Assembly (NCBI GenBank): GCA_024638855.1
Contig: JAHEJP010000001.1
Location: 2,895 to 49,746 of the forward strand
Length of the DNA stretch: 46,852 nucleotides
From: Chloroflexota bacterium
Lineage (GTDB): Bacteria; Chloroflexota; Anaerolineae; Promineifilales; Promineifilaceae
Reading direction: 5' to 3'
Position numbers and translations under genes: made by a program
The notes under the pieces: model-generated
What the model was told of the DNA's origin: nothing
Database searches by the model: none
The model's input: only the letters and a program-made list of their open reading frames with translations
Part shown: one piece after another, positions 8,299 through 17,388 of the stretch
Numbering within the stretch: position 1 is the stretch's first letter
Layout of the letters: every line of letters begins with the position of its first letter

Positions 8299-11200
8299 AT
8301 GCGAACCATGAAGGCTTTAGACTCGGCGCATAAGGCGCTAGAGCCAGAAGAGGCCGCCAGGCTCGTCATGCAAGAGGAGTTGATAGTCGCTTGCAATGAA
8401 AGTGCCCTCGAGCTTTTTCAGTGTGAGCGAAAGGATCTCTTAGGCCGTTCATTCCTTGACTTCTCCGTAGAGGCACAGCCTAATGGCCGGAATTCGGACG
8501 ATGCGCTCCGTCTCAGAGCCGCTGCTGCTCTTGCCTTTCAGAAGCAGAACTTTCAATGGGTTTGCAGGCGCCCTGACGGTGAAGCTTTCAAGGCCCAAGC
8601 TATGCTCGACAGAATTCGCGCTCGTGGCAAAACCTTCATCCAGCTCACGCTTAACCAAATTAAACAACATGACCCGACTGAAGAAGCCTTGCTTAAATTC
8701 AGGATGGGTATCGAGCGCTCGAATGATGCGATCTTCATGACCGATGTGGACGGGCACATCATTTATGCAAATCCGGCTTTTGGACGCGTCTACGGCTTTT
8801 CCCGCCAGGAAACGATCGGTAATACCCCAAGGATTCTCAAATCCGGCATCACCCCTCAAGAAGAATATAGAGATTTCTGGCAAAAATTATTGAAAAAGGA
8901 TGTGGTCTCTGGAGAAATCGTCAACAAGACAAAAGACGATCAGTTAGTTCACATCGAAGGTTCAAATAATCCCATCCTTGACGATTCAGGCAATCTCATC
9001 GGTTTTCTGGCCATCCACCGGGATATATCCGAAAGGAAAAGGACGCAAGAGGCGCTCCAGAAAGCTCATGAAGAATTGGAAAGACGGGTTGAAGAACGAA
9101 CCGAAGAATTGGCCAATGTCAATACGCTTCTCCGAGATCAATACGAGGAAATCGCTGAAGTAAAGGATGCTTTAGAGCGCCGTAATAAGATTCTGGAAGC
9201 CCTTAATCAATTGGCCCGGCAAACGGCCACAAGTATGAAAATGCAGCCCATTTTCGAGACGGTCGTCGAAGTGGCTTCACAACTTATTGATTGCAGTCGT
9301 GCCCATGTTTCTACGATTGATTTGGATAAACATACGACTACGGTTGTTGCCGAATATATCAGCTCAGATGCTTCTGAAGTAGAGAAGGTCTCCGCTCTTG
9401 GAATGACTTATGATCTACTCGAAGAATTTAATAGAAACACCACATCACTTTCGGAGACCGGAAAATTTCTCATCCAGCATGTGGATGATCTTGACTTAAC
9501 TCCTGAAAAACGGGCTTATATGGAACGCTTCGACGCACGCAGCGTTCTTGGAGTCCATTTGGCCGTGGCAGGTGAACTCGTAGCCAAGGTGGAATTTTGG
9601 GAAAGCCGCCAAAGGCGTGACTTTTCTAGCGAGGAAATCGAGCTTGTTCAAGCCGTTGTCCGCCAGGTGATTATTTCTCTTCAGAATGCCCATCTTTACC
9701 AGCAGGCGATGCATGAACTTTCCGAGCGCCGGCAACTGGAACAACAGATCAATCGATCGTATGAACGACGTGGTCGCCAGGTACAGTTGTCGACACAATT
9801 CGCTAAGGACATTGCCGCTGCTACTAACTTAACAGATCTCTACAGACGCGTCGTAAGACAGGTAAAAGAACAATTTGGCTATTATCATACCCAGTTACTG
9901 CGCTACGATTCGAATCTAGATGCGGTAATATTGATCGCCGCTTACGGAGAGGTCGGCAAGAATATGTTGCGTCAAGGGCACCGGATGGCCGTAGGCGAAG
10001 GGCTTATCGGTCAAGCCGCCGCAACCGGTCGCGCGGTTTTGCGGCCCAATGTAACAGTAGACCCTGAATGGCAAGCCAATGAATTGCTACCGCAAACAAA
10101 GGGTGAGCTGGCCGTGCCGATCATGTTGGGCGACGAAGTGCTCGGTGTGCTGGATGTCCAGAGTGATATAGCGGATGCCTTGGATACCGAAGATCAGTTA
10201 GCCCTAGAAGGTCTATGTGGCCAAATCGCTATCGCTATCGAGAGCACACAACTACGCCAGGATATGGAAGAACGGTTGCGCGAATTGAACCAGTTGCAGC
10301 GGATTATGAGCCGGGAAGGATGGCAAGTATTTCGCTCCCAGAGAGATACGGGCACATTGGGCTACCGCTATGATCGATCGGCGCTGCAGTCGGTGGCAAA
10401 TATACAGGCAACCGCTTCCAGAGATGCACTGGCAGGTTCGATTTGGGATACCCAACCGCTTTCTGAATCGCCAAAACCGGTCGTAACTTCTCCTATGAAA
10501 GTCCGCGGGGAAATCATCGGCGCGCTTGGCATTCGTGACGAACCAGATCAACCACTCACGGCGGATGAAAGAGAATTACTGGATTCGGTAACCGAGCAGG
10601 TAGCCGAAGCCTTAGAAAGCGCCCGGTTACTTGAGCAAACCCAAAAACACGCTGTGCAGATGGAAGCGGTGGCTCGGGTAAGCGCCGCTGCTTCAACCAT
10701 CTTGGATGCCTACAAGCTATTGCAGACTGTAACGAACCTGACGAAAGAACGATTCGGATTATACCACTCGGCCGTCTATTTATTGAAAGGTGAAATGCTT
10801 CAAATGACAGCCGGAACTATGCTGCCAAAGATTGCCACTGAAGAATTCGAACCAACCGAAGTCCATATCTTGCAGGAGCAATCAATCATAGCCCGAGCGG
10901 CCCGGGCTAAAGAACCGATCATCATCAACGATGTAGCCAAGGTGCCATATTACTTGGGCCAGACGACTTTACCTGGTACCAGAGCAGAGGCCGCTATTCC
11001 CCTGAAAGTTGGCGACCAGGTGCTGGGCGTTTTCGACCTGCAGTCGGATATGCAGAATAGATTTAATGAGGATGAGGTCCGAATCCATGTCACCCTGGCG
11101 GCTCAAGTAGCTGTCGCCTTGCAAAACGCAATGCTCTATACAGAACAGTTAGCTGTAGCCGATCGCTTACGGGAAGTTGACCGCTTAAAATCGGAATTTT

Positions 11201-11892
11201 TAGCCAGTATGAGCCACGAGCTGAGAACACCTTTGAACTCGATCATCGGTTTCGCCGACGTTTTGCTTGAAGGCATCGACGGCCCATTAAATGATCGAAT
11301 GTCTGAAGACGTCACTCTTATTCGAGATAGCGGCAAACATTTGCGGACACTGATCGGCGAGATCCTGGACATGTCCAAAATTGAAGCAGGCGTCATGGAA
11401 CTTTATTACGACGATATCGACGTGACTGAACTGGCCGAAGAGATCGCATCTTATGCTAGAGCCTTGGCAAAAGGCAAGAAACTTGACATAAATGTGAATG
11501 TCTCGACTACTATACAAACAATTGAGGCCGATCGCACTCGCCTGACACAAGTCTTACTCAACCTGATGGGCAACGCCGTTAAATTCACCGAGGAAGGAAA
11601 AGTGACGCTCACTCTGGAAGATCGAAACGGCGATCTACTGGCATCCGTGCGAGATACCGGCATTGGCATCAAGAAAGAAGATATACCAGCCATCTTTGAG
11701 CAATTTCGCCAGATCGATGGCAGCCTGACGCGAAAAGCAGGTGGCACCGGGCTAGGTATACCCATTAGTAAAAGCCTGGTGGAGCTGCATGGTGGTGAAA
11801 TGTGGGTCGATAGCGAGCCTGGAGAAGGGAGCGTGTTTTCATTCACGATTCCACGCCAGCGAGTTTTAGCCATGAATAAAATTGATGATTGA
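8299..11892 (+). CDS. Soluble sensor histidine kinase: PAS-PAS-coiled coil-GAF-GAF-(degenerate module)-GAF-HisKA-HATPase_c
   Basis: The ATG lies 1 nt after the upstream TGA. PAS: DAIFMTDVDGHIIYANPAFGRVYGFSRQE. H-box: SHELRTPLNSIIGF. N-box: LLNLMGNAVKFT. G1: VRDTGIGI. G2: GGTGLGIPISKSLVELHGG. Confidence 0.9.
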   Translation: MRTMKALDSAHKALEPEEAARLVMQEELIVACNESALELFQCERKDLLGRSFLDFSVEAQPNGRNSDDALRLRAAAALAFQKQNFQWVCRRPDGEAFKAQAMLDRIRARGKTFIQLTLNQIKQHDPTEEALLKFRMGIERSNDAIFMTDVDGHIIYANPAFGRVYGFSRQETIGNTPRILKSGITPQEEYRDFWQKLLKKDVVSGEIVNKTKDDQLVHIEGSNNPILDDSGNLIGFLAIHRDISERKRTQEALQKAHEELERRVEERTEELANVNTLLRDQYEEIAEVKDALERRNKILEALNQLARQTATSMKMQPIFETVVEVASQLIDCSRAHVSTIDLDKHTTTVVAEYISSDASEVEKVSALGMTYDLLEEFNRNTTSLSETGKFLIQHVDDLDLTPEKRAYMERFDARSVLGVHLAVAGELVAKVEFWESRQRRDFSSEEIELVQAVVRQVIISLQNAHLYQQAMHELSERRQLEQQINRSYERRGRQVQLSTQFAKDIAAATNLTDLYRRVVRQVKEQFGYYHTQLLRYDSNLDAVILIAAYGEVGKNMLRQGHRMAVGEGLIGQAAATGRAVLRPNVTVDPEWQANELLPQTKGELAVPIMLGDEVLGVLDVQSDIADALDTEDQLALEGLCGQIAIAIESTQLRQDMEERLRELNQLQRIMSREGWQVFRSQRDTGTLGYRYDRSALQSVANIQATASRDALAGSIWDTQPLSESPKPVVTSPMKVRGEIIGALGIRDEPDQPLTADERELLDSVTEQVAEALESARLLEQTQKHAVQMEAVARVSAAASTILDAYKLLQTVTNLTKERFGLYHSAVYLLKGEMLQMTAGTMLPKIATEEFEPTEVHILQEQSIIARAARAKEPIIINDVAKVPYYLGQTTLPGTRAEAAIPLKVGDQVLGVFDLQSDMQNRFNEDEVRIHVTLAAQVAVALQNAMLYTEQLAVADRLREVDRLKSEFLASMSHELRTPLNSIIGFADVLLEGIDGPLNDRMSEDVTLIRDSGKHLRTLIGEILDMSKIEAGVMELYYDDIDVTELAEEIASYARALAKGKKLDINVNVSTTIQTIEADRTRLTQVLLNLMGNAVKFTEEGKVTLTLEDRNGDLLASVRDTGIGIKKEDIPAIFEQFRQIDGSLTRKAGGTGLGIPISKSLVELHGGEMWVDSEPGEGSVFSFTIPRQRVLAMNKIDD

Positions 11893-11937
11893 TGAACAAT
11901 AGAACTCACAATTATTCGAGCGTTTGTAGGGGTCATT

Positions 11938-12315
11938 ATGCAGAAAAGAATACTAGCAATCGAAGATAATTCTTCAAATATGCTCTTGATTTCTCGGGTA
12001 GTCGAGGCAGAGGGATATGATTTAATACGAGCTGAAGATGGCAACTCGGCTCTGGAGTTACTCAGCCGGGAGACGCCCGATCTCATCCTTCTGGATATTA
12101 ATATTCCGGGGATTCACGGCCTGGACCTGGCGCGGCATTTGAAGGCCGACGACAGGTTGGCACCGATCCCGATTATTGCCACAACCGCCAATGTCCTACT
12201 TGGCGATAAGGAACGCTGCCTGGAGGCCGGCTGCGACGAATATCTACCAAAACCGTTGGATATACGCGAATTACGGACGATGATGCGCAGCTATCTGACC
12301 AATGGGGCAATCTGA
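11938..12315 (+). CDS. Single-domain response regulator (receiver only)
   Basis: Receiver signature: AIEDN acidic pair, phospho-acceptor context DLILLDINIPG, IIATTAN, LPKPLD lysine. Only 125 aa, so there is no output domain. Confidence 0.9.
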   Translation: MQKRILAIEDNSSNMLLISRVVEAEGYDLIRAEDGNSALELLSRETPDLILLDINIPGIHGLDLARHLKADDRLAPIPIIATTANVLLGDKERCLEAGCDEYLPKPLDIRELRTMMRSYLTNGAI

Positions 12316-12369
12316 GCGGGTCATTTATCGAAGCTAACTGGGGTTACATATTGATGAGGTTAAAACGCC

Positions 12370-13026
12370 GTGCACCAGTCAACAGATACAGCCGAAATAG
12401 TTAACCTGGCCAATCCGGCCATCCTCGACAATTTTCAAGATATCGCGATCGTGCTAGACAAGCAGAAATGTATCGTAATGCTCAACGAATCAGGAAGTAA
12501 GATGTTCGCAGATCATAATACCCAACCTCTTGGCAAAGTGATCGATCAAGCGTTACGAGAATTAGCCCTGAATACCAAGGTCAAAATGAGCGGAACGGTA
12601 AACCAGAAGGAAATAAGAATTGGCGATGGTCCAGATGCTGATTTCTACAGCATGCGAATCTTACCCATCCCAACCAACGATGAAGAGAAAATTGGCCATA
12701 TGATGATCCTTCGCAATATCACGCTTACCAAAAAAGCCGATGCTACCATTGAAGCGGAACGGCGGCGCTCCGATTCTCTCTCGAAATTAAGTCACGACAT
12801 CAGGACACCGCTCAGTGGGATCTTGGGCCTGGCTGAGATGCTGGAATTGGGCACATTTGGCCCCTTGAATGAAAAGCAGTTAAAGGCAACCCGGCAAATT
12901 CTGGAACGGTCCGATCACTTAACCAAGCTTCTCAACGAATTGCGCCATATAGTAAAATCAGATTCTGACCAGGGGAACTTACCTAACCGAAGTGTTCCAG
13001 GTATGGTATCATTGGAGTCAGGGTAA
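12370..13026 (+). CDS. PAS + HisKA/DHp-only protein (H-box present, no HATPase_c); candidate Spo0B-like phosphotransferase or phosphatase
   Basis: GTG start with GAGG ~10 nt upstream. N-terminal PAS-like ~120 aa. H-box LSHDIRTPLSGILGLAEML. The ORF stops ~75 aa after the His with no N/G1/G2 boxes, and the next gene starts 33 nt later, so there is no remnant of a lost ATPase domain. Confidence 0.7.
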   Translation: MHQSTDTAEIVNLANPAILDNFQDIAIVLDKQKCIVMLNESGSKMFADHNTQPLGKVIDQALRELALNTKVKMSGTVNQKEIRIGDGPDADFYSMRILPIPTNDEEKIGHMMILRNITLTKKADATIEAERRRSDSLSKLSHDIRTPLSGILGLAEMLELGTFGPLNEKQLKATRQILERSDHLTKLLNELRHIVKSDSDQGNLPNRSVPGMVSLESG

Positions 13027-13059
13027 CGACGAAACCACATCACCAAAGGAGACCATGGG

Positions 13060-13422
13060 GTGACACCAAAGGCGTTGATTATCGAGGATGATGCCACATT
13101 GGCAATAGTATATGCCGAAGCTTTGCGTTCAGCGAAATTCGATACGGCCGTCATTCATACCGGTCAAGCCGCGATGGACTATTTGAAAGTTTCAAGTCCA
13201 CAAATCATTGTCCTCGATCTTCACTTGCCGGATGTTTCGGGCATCAGGATCGTTGAACAGGTCAGGTCACTGGATCATTTAGCGGGGACACGCATCATCG
13301 TCACCAGTGGGGATCCGGGATTGGCCGATACGGTTCGCGAGCAGGTTGACCTGGTGTTAGATAAACCGGTGAGTAACGAGCAACTACAGTTATTAAGCTC
13401 CAGGATGCGCCCGGCCGATTAA
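13060..13422 (+). CDS. Single-domain response regulator (receiver only)
   Basis: GTG start 8 nt after AAAGGAG. IIEDD, IIVLDLHLPDVSG, IIVTSGD and LDKPV match the receiver signature residues. 120 aa. Confidence 0.85.
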   Translation: MTPKALIIEDDATLAIVYAEALRSAKFDTAVIHTGQAAMDYLKVSSPQIIVLDLHLPDVSGIRIVEQVRSLDHLAGTRIIVTSGDPGLADTVREQVDLVLDKPVSNEQLQLLSSRMRPAD

Positions 13423-14580
13423 CACGCTGGGTTCCCCCAGTACTCTCGTTAGAAAAACGACACAACTACCCTCCCCTTTAAGCCGTAGCTGTTGGCGCAA
13501 TGTGTCAGGATCTAGGGGCGAGCCACGTTTCTTTATAGTCGCCTGGCCAATACCGCTCTCACGCAGGTATTTTCTCAATCGTTTAAGACCAAACGGGAAG
13601 CTATCTTCTACGGCGTAACAACGGCCGAATGGCGTCGGCGTGAAATTATCGCTAGTCAGGTAGGCGATGTCGGCATCAATCTTTGTTGCTCCCAGATTAT
13701 GCGCTAGATGTTCCACCAGGTGCGCCCGAATAACCGCGCCATCGGGTTCATAAAGATAGGCCTTCGGCCGGGTGATTGATACCCCTTTTTCTAGCCTTTC
13801 ATCGGTCAATGTTACGCCTTCTGGTAAAAGGGTTGCCCGCCGTCTGGCGGTGGAACGCAGAGCCCCAAACCATAAAACAGCTTCCCGCACTTCACCATTT
13901 ACGGAAATGAATTCCACTTCGGCACCGGCCGGCAACTCTTCATAGTTCACACCCGGGCTAATTTTCACAGCCTGGTTGGGAACGATCTTCCGCCAACGCT
14001 CTAGAAAGCTGATCGGCGGTCGATAGTCGTGGACGGAGTAAATCCGGCGACCACTTGCCGTTCGCCGGCCAGGATCGGCGAAAACTGCCTCAACCGGCAG
14101 CGGACTGAGATCCAACAAGTCCGCTTGTAGGGGATGGAAATGACCGGAAAGACCACTCAGGCGGACATTTTCGCGAGCCATAACCAGTCGAAGCAGATCG
14201 AGATCCACGCCTATGACGAGCCCTATAGCCGCCAAGGCCAACGAGTCGCCGCCGATGCCACAACCCAGGTCGGCTACTTCTTCAAAACCGGCTTGAGCAA
14301 ATCGTCCAGCCCGATAGTCAGCAACGATCTCGGCCGAAGCTTGTTCTAACGCCTGGCGGGTGAAATACATGTCTTGGGCGCGCTGAAATTTTGCGGTCGC
14401 CCGGCGGCGCAACAGGCTTGTTTCCAATAGCGCATGGGCTCGCGATTGCCCGACCTGGTCGCGCAATCTACTGGCGAGGCGCAGATGATCATCGCCATCA
14501 AGCCGCTCTTCCTGGGCTAACTCAGATAGAAGTTGTTGGCCTTCAGAGCCAAGAAGGTAATTCAGATCTTCGAGGCGCAC
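13393..14580 (-). CDS. Class I SAM-dependent methyltransferase with C-terminal THUMP-like domain (PG_1098-like family; probably acts on RNA or a nucleotide)
   Basis: Motif I: VADLGCGIGGDSLALA. VFADPGRR motif. C-terminal ...FPFGLKRLRKYLRESGIGQATIKKRGSP... resembles the THUMP-like tail of this family. The GTG at 14580 (VRLEDLNYLL) lies 5 nt after the upstream stop. The longest ORF runs to 14670 but would overlap the upstream gene by 85 nt. Confidence 0.75.
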   Translation of the reverse strand: MRLEDLNYLLGSEGQQLLSELAQEERLDGDDHLRLASRLRDQVGQSRAHALLETSLLRRRATAKFQRAQDMYFTRQALEQASAEIVADYRAGRFAQAGFEEVADLGCGIGGDSLALAAIGLVIGVDLDLLRLVMARENVRLSGLSGHFHPLQADLLDLSPLPVEAVFADPGRRTASGRRIYSVHDYRPPISFLERWRKIVPNQAVKISPGVNYEELPAGAEVEFISVNGEVREAVLWFGALRSTARRRATLLPEGVTLTDERLEKGVSITRPKAYLYEPDGAVIRAHLVEHLAHNLGATKIDADIAYLTSDNFTPTPFGRCYAVEDSFPFGLKRLRKYLRESGIGQATIKKRGSPLDPDTLRQQLRLKGEGSCVVFLTRVLGEPSVLIGRAHPGA

Positions 14581-14585
14581 TTTGC

Positions 14586-15365
14586 CTACAACCTTGCCGG
14601 CTCTTGGGATGGCTGTTGGTCCTCTTGCTGCCAATCTTCCAGCTCGAGCTGGCCTGTTTGACGGCCGCAATAGACTTGATAGGCGCAGCGACTACATTGG
14701 TTCAAGTCTTCGGTTAGGGGCCAAGCTTCTTGCAGTGGCAACAAGGCGTCGAGTTCATTCACAATCTGATTGAACCGGCCCCAATTGGCTTCGTGCTGGC
14801 GCTGGTCGTAGTTGAAGGCCAGAACCGTATCCGGATCGTTGACGTACCAGTAGGTTAAGGTGATGTTTTGTGGCGCGATGTTTTCTTCCAGAGCGCTGGC
14901 GCCTTCGGCCGCCAGCCACAGATACAGCCTGGTTTGCAGATTCTCTTGAAGAGCTGATTTGTTTTGCGGACGGGCATCGGTTTTCCAGTCAAAGATATGG
15001 GCCTGATCATCGTCGATGATTAACAAATCGAACCGGCCGGTCAGGAAATGACGGCCGACCGGCACGGTCATACTTAGTTCGGGATAACGGTTGCCACGGG
15101 GTAAAGACGGCCCTTGCTTTTGGAATACCCTCCACCAATCGCCTAGATTGGGCACGTGTTTGACCTCTTCCTCGATGGGCAGGGCCAGGAAATGCCGGTG
15201 CATGAGTTGGTGGTAACGGTAGCCTAAGTCCCTCATTTCCCCGGCGTGACTGTCCAAGGGTGCTATTGGCCACGGCAAGTGTTCCCGATACCTCAGTTGA
15301 AATCGCCTCTGGCAAGCGACGAAATCGGCTATTTTGCCCCTGCTCAGAGTTAAGGAATGATCCAT
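14586..15365 (-). CDS. PD-(D/E)XK nuclease family protein, Cas4/AddB-like with a 4-Cys cluster
   Basis: N-terminal ...FVACQRRFQLRY. Core: GRFDLLIIDDDQAHIFDWKTD (D...D-x-K). QTRLYLW (QxxxY). C-terminal CSRCAYQVYC. Together these give the 1+3 cysteine arrangement of Cas4/AddB Fe-S nucleases. Confidence 0.7.
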   Translation of the reverse strand: MDHSLTLSRGKIADFVACQRRFQLRYREHLPWPIAPLDSHAGEMRDLGYRYHQLMHRHFLALPIEEEVKHVPNLGDWWRVFQKQGPSLPRGNRYPELSMTVPVGRHFLTGRFDLLIIDDDQAHIFDWKTDARPQNKSALQENLQTRLYLWLAAEGASALEENIAPQNITLTYWYVNDPDTVLAFNYDQRQHEANWGRFNQIVNELDALLPLQEAWPLTEDLNQCSRCAYQVYCGRQTGQLELEDWQQEDQQPSQEPARL

Positions 15366-15407
15366 TTTCGGGACGCTGAATCAATTAGGATCCAGACAGT
15401 TATTGAG

Positions 15408-16163
15408 CTAATGCTGCAATATCTGGCTCAGGAATAGCTTGGTGCGATCATGCTTGGGATTGTTGAATAATTCATTAGGAGGCGCGACCTCAACGACCTG
15501 CCCGCCATCCATAAACATGACCCGGTCAGCAGCAGCGCGGCAGAAGCCCATCTCGTGAGTGACCACGACCATGGTCATGCCCTCCTTGGCCAGGTCAAGC
15601 ATCACATCCAGCACTTCTTTGATCATCTCTGGATCCAATGCACTTGTCGGCTCGTCAAATAACATGATCTTGGGATTCATGGCCAGCGCTCGAGCGATAG
15701 CCACCCTCTGTTGCTGACCACCTGAAAGTTGTCTCGGGTAATTATTCGCTTTCTCCGGGATCCCGACCCGGGTCAATTGTTCCATAGCAATTCGTTTGGC
15801 ATCTTCTTTCTTGCGCTTGCGCACCAGCCTTTGGGCGAGAGCCACGTTTTCTAAGACTGTCAAATGAGGAAAGAGATTGAACTGCTGGAAAACCATGCCC
15901 ACTTCGGCCCGCACTTTGTTGATATCGGTATCCTTGGCCTCTAAATGGACGCCATCAATATACACGGCGCCGGCCGTAGGTTCTTCGAGATGGTTGATGC
16001 ATCGCAGGACTGTGCTCTTGCCTGATCCGCTGGGACCGACGATGATCACCACCTCGCCGCGCTTAACATTCAGATCGACACCTTTGACCGCCTCGACATT
16101 AGCGAAATATTTGTGTAAATCCTTAATAAGAATAATCTCATTCGGGGGGATCTTATCGTTCAT
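15408..16163 (-). CDS. Polar amino-acid ABC transporter ATP-binding protein
   Basis: Walker [10 protein letters not shown], signature [15 protein letters not shown], Walker [14 protein letters not shown]-loop VVTHEM. The ATG at 16163 is preceded by GGAGGAGG. The longest ORF starts at 16184. Confidence 0.9.
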   Translation of the reverse strand: MNDKIPPNEIILIKDLHKYFANVEAVKGVDLNVKRGEVVIIVGPSGSGKSTVLRCINHLEEPTAGAVYIDGVHLEAKDTDINKVRAEVGMVFQQFNLFPHLTVLENVALAQRLVRKRKKEDAKRIAMEQLTRVGIPEKANNYPRQLSGGQQQRVAIARALAMNPKIMLFDEPTSALDPEMIKEVLDVMLDLAKEGMTMVVVTHEMGFCRAAADRVMFMDGGQVVEVAPPNELFNNPKHDRTKLFLSQILQH

Positions 16164-17001
16164 CTGTTCCCAACCTCCTCCCATACCATTGCAACAATAA
16201 ACTCAAGGCAACAGTCATGCTCAGGTAAAGAAATGTTAAAACCAGGTAAGTCTCGCGAAATCGGAAGCTTGAACCGGCGTATAGGCGCGACTGCTGGGTT
16301 ATTTCTCGTACGGCTAATACAGAAAGCAAGGAAGAATCCTTCAAGACAGCGATGAAATCGTTACCCAGCGCCGGTAGAATATTGCGAATCGCTTGCGGCA
16401 AAATAACGTGTCGCATCGCCTGGGCGGCCGTCATGCCCAAGGAGCGGGCTGCTTCTGATTGCCCACCTGGAATCGATTCGATGCCGGCCCGGAAAATCTC
16501 GCCCATGAAGGCCCCATAGAAGAAGGCCAGGGCGATGATGCCCCTTGTCGTTCCCGGAAGAGCCTGGTTATCAGCGCCAACCGCCCGAGATATCTCTGGG
16601 ACAACCACAAAGGCAAAGGTGAAGATCAGCACCAAAACCGGCAATCCACGGACAAACTCAACATAGGTAATGGCCAAATTTCGAATGAAAGTATTTTTGC
16701 TAAGTCGGCCAAGCCCGGCCAACAATCCTAAGATCACTGCTAAAAAAAAGGATACAAAGGTAACATACAAAGTCACCGATATTCCCTTGCCGATAAAGGC
16801 AAGAAATTCGCCGTTCAGTAAATCCTCAATGGATCCAAGCTCGCCTATGATGAACTGAAAAGCTGCATTGTACTCCTCATTCGTTATTATCAGGAAAGCC
16901 ATTAGCGCCAAAAAGGCGACAATAATGACCAGCCACCATGGGAATTGCTTCCAGATATCGTTGCGGTCTTTCCCGCCCAATTGTTCTTCTAAAGTCGCCA
17001 T
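16153..17001 (-). CDS. Amino-acid ABC transporter permease (His/Glu/Gln/Arg-type)
   Basis: Multi-TM protein with an EAA-like loop ([25 protein letters not shown]). GAGGAGGG RBS before the ATG. Overlaps the ATPase gene start by 11 nt. Confidence 0.9.
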   Translation of the reverse strand: MATLEEQLGGKDRNDIWKQFPWWLVIIVAFLALMAFLIITNEEYNAAFQFIIGELGSIEDLLNGEFLAFIGKGISVTLYVTFVSFFLAVILGLLAGLGRLSKNTFIRNLAITYVEFVRGLPVLVLIFTFAFVVVPEISRAVGADNQALPGTTRGIIALAFFYGAFMGEIFRAGIESIPGGQSEAARSLGMTAAQAMRHVILPQAIRNILPALGNDFIAVLKDSSLLSVLAVREITQQSRLYAGSSFRFRETYLVLTFLYLSMTVALSLLLQWYGRRLGTDER

Positions 17002-17190
17002 GAGCCCTCCTCAATTGCTTTTCTATTTAACAGCTTGAAATTAGCTAAGAGTGCCATATGAAGTTGATCATTTTATCCCAAGTGTGTTATCCAGGATGGG
17101 TCAAGAATCTAATCTACAGTGAAGATCATAATAATCGCTTGAAATACCTCCTCTTTTCAAACAAGTCGTAAACACTGCCCCACCCAATTT

Positions 17191-17231
17191 AAGAAAAAGA
17201 AGCGCTGGAGTACAACAAGATCCAGCGCTTC
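17191..17231 (-). terminator. Intrinsic terminator/attenuator between the binding-protein gene and the permease gene
   Basis: An 11-bp perfect stem (GAAGCGCTGGA / TCCAGCGCTTC, 17199-17209 and 17221-17231) with an 11-nt loop. On the minus strand it is followed by TTTTTCTT. Confidence 0.7.
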
Positions 17232-17388
17232 TCTACTATCGTTCACTAATTTATCCGTGGTGTTCGCATGGGGTGTCACAATCTAATCTTGAGAAAAGAG
17301 TGAGCAACACCTCAAAGTGCAAGTGCTCTTCCATTAAGTTTTTTCTTTGAAGAATAGCCTATGCATACGATACCCTGGATTACTGTCC

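Noticed and set aside
3711-12086. Numerous 60-210-aa ORFs antisense to, or out of frame within, the big sensor genes (e.g. 3711..4202 -, 4826..5326 -, 7733..8242 -, 8449..8883 -, 11451..12086 -).
   Set aside because: Each lies entirely inside a gene with strong domain motifs on the other strand or frame. Their translations are Arg/Ser/Pro-rich and low in complexity, they have no recognisable motifs and no RBS. They are typical shadow ORFs.
14581-14670. N-terminal extension of the methyltransferase ORF (MRPSNRPARAGRLAARGPTAIPRAGKVVGK).
   Set aside because: The extension would overlap the upstream nuclease gene by 85 nt and is Arg/Ala/Pro-rich with no homology-like signal. The GTG at 14580 gives a clean 5-nt intergenic gap. 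I kept it only as an alternative.
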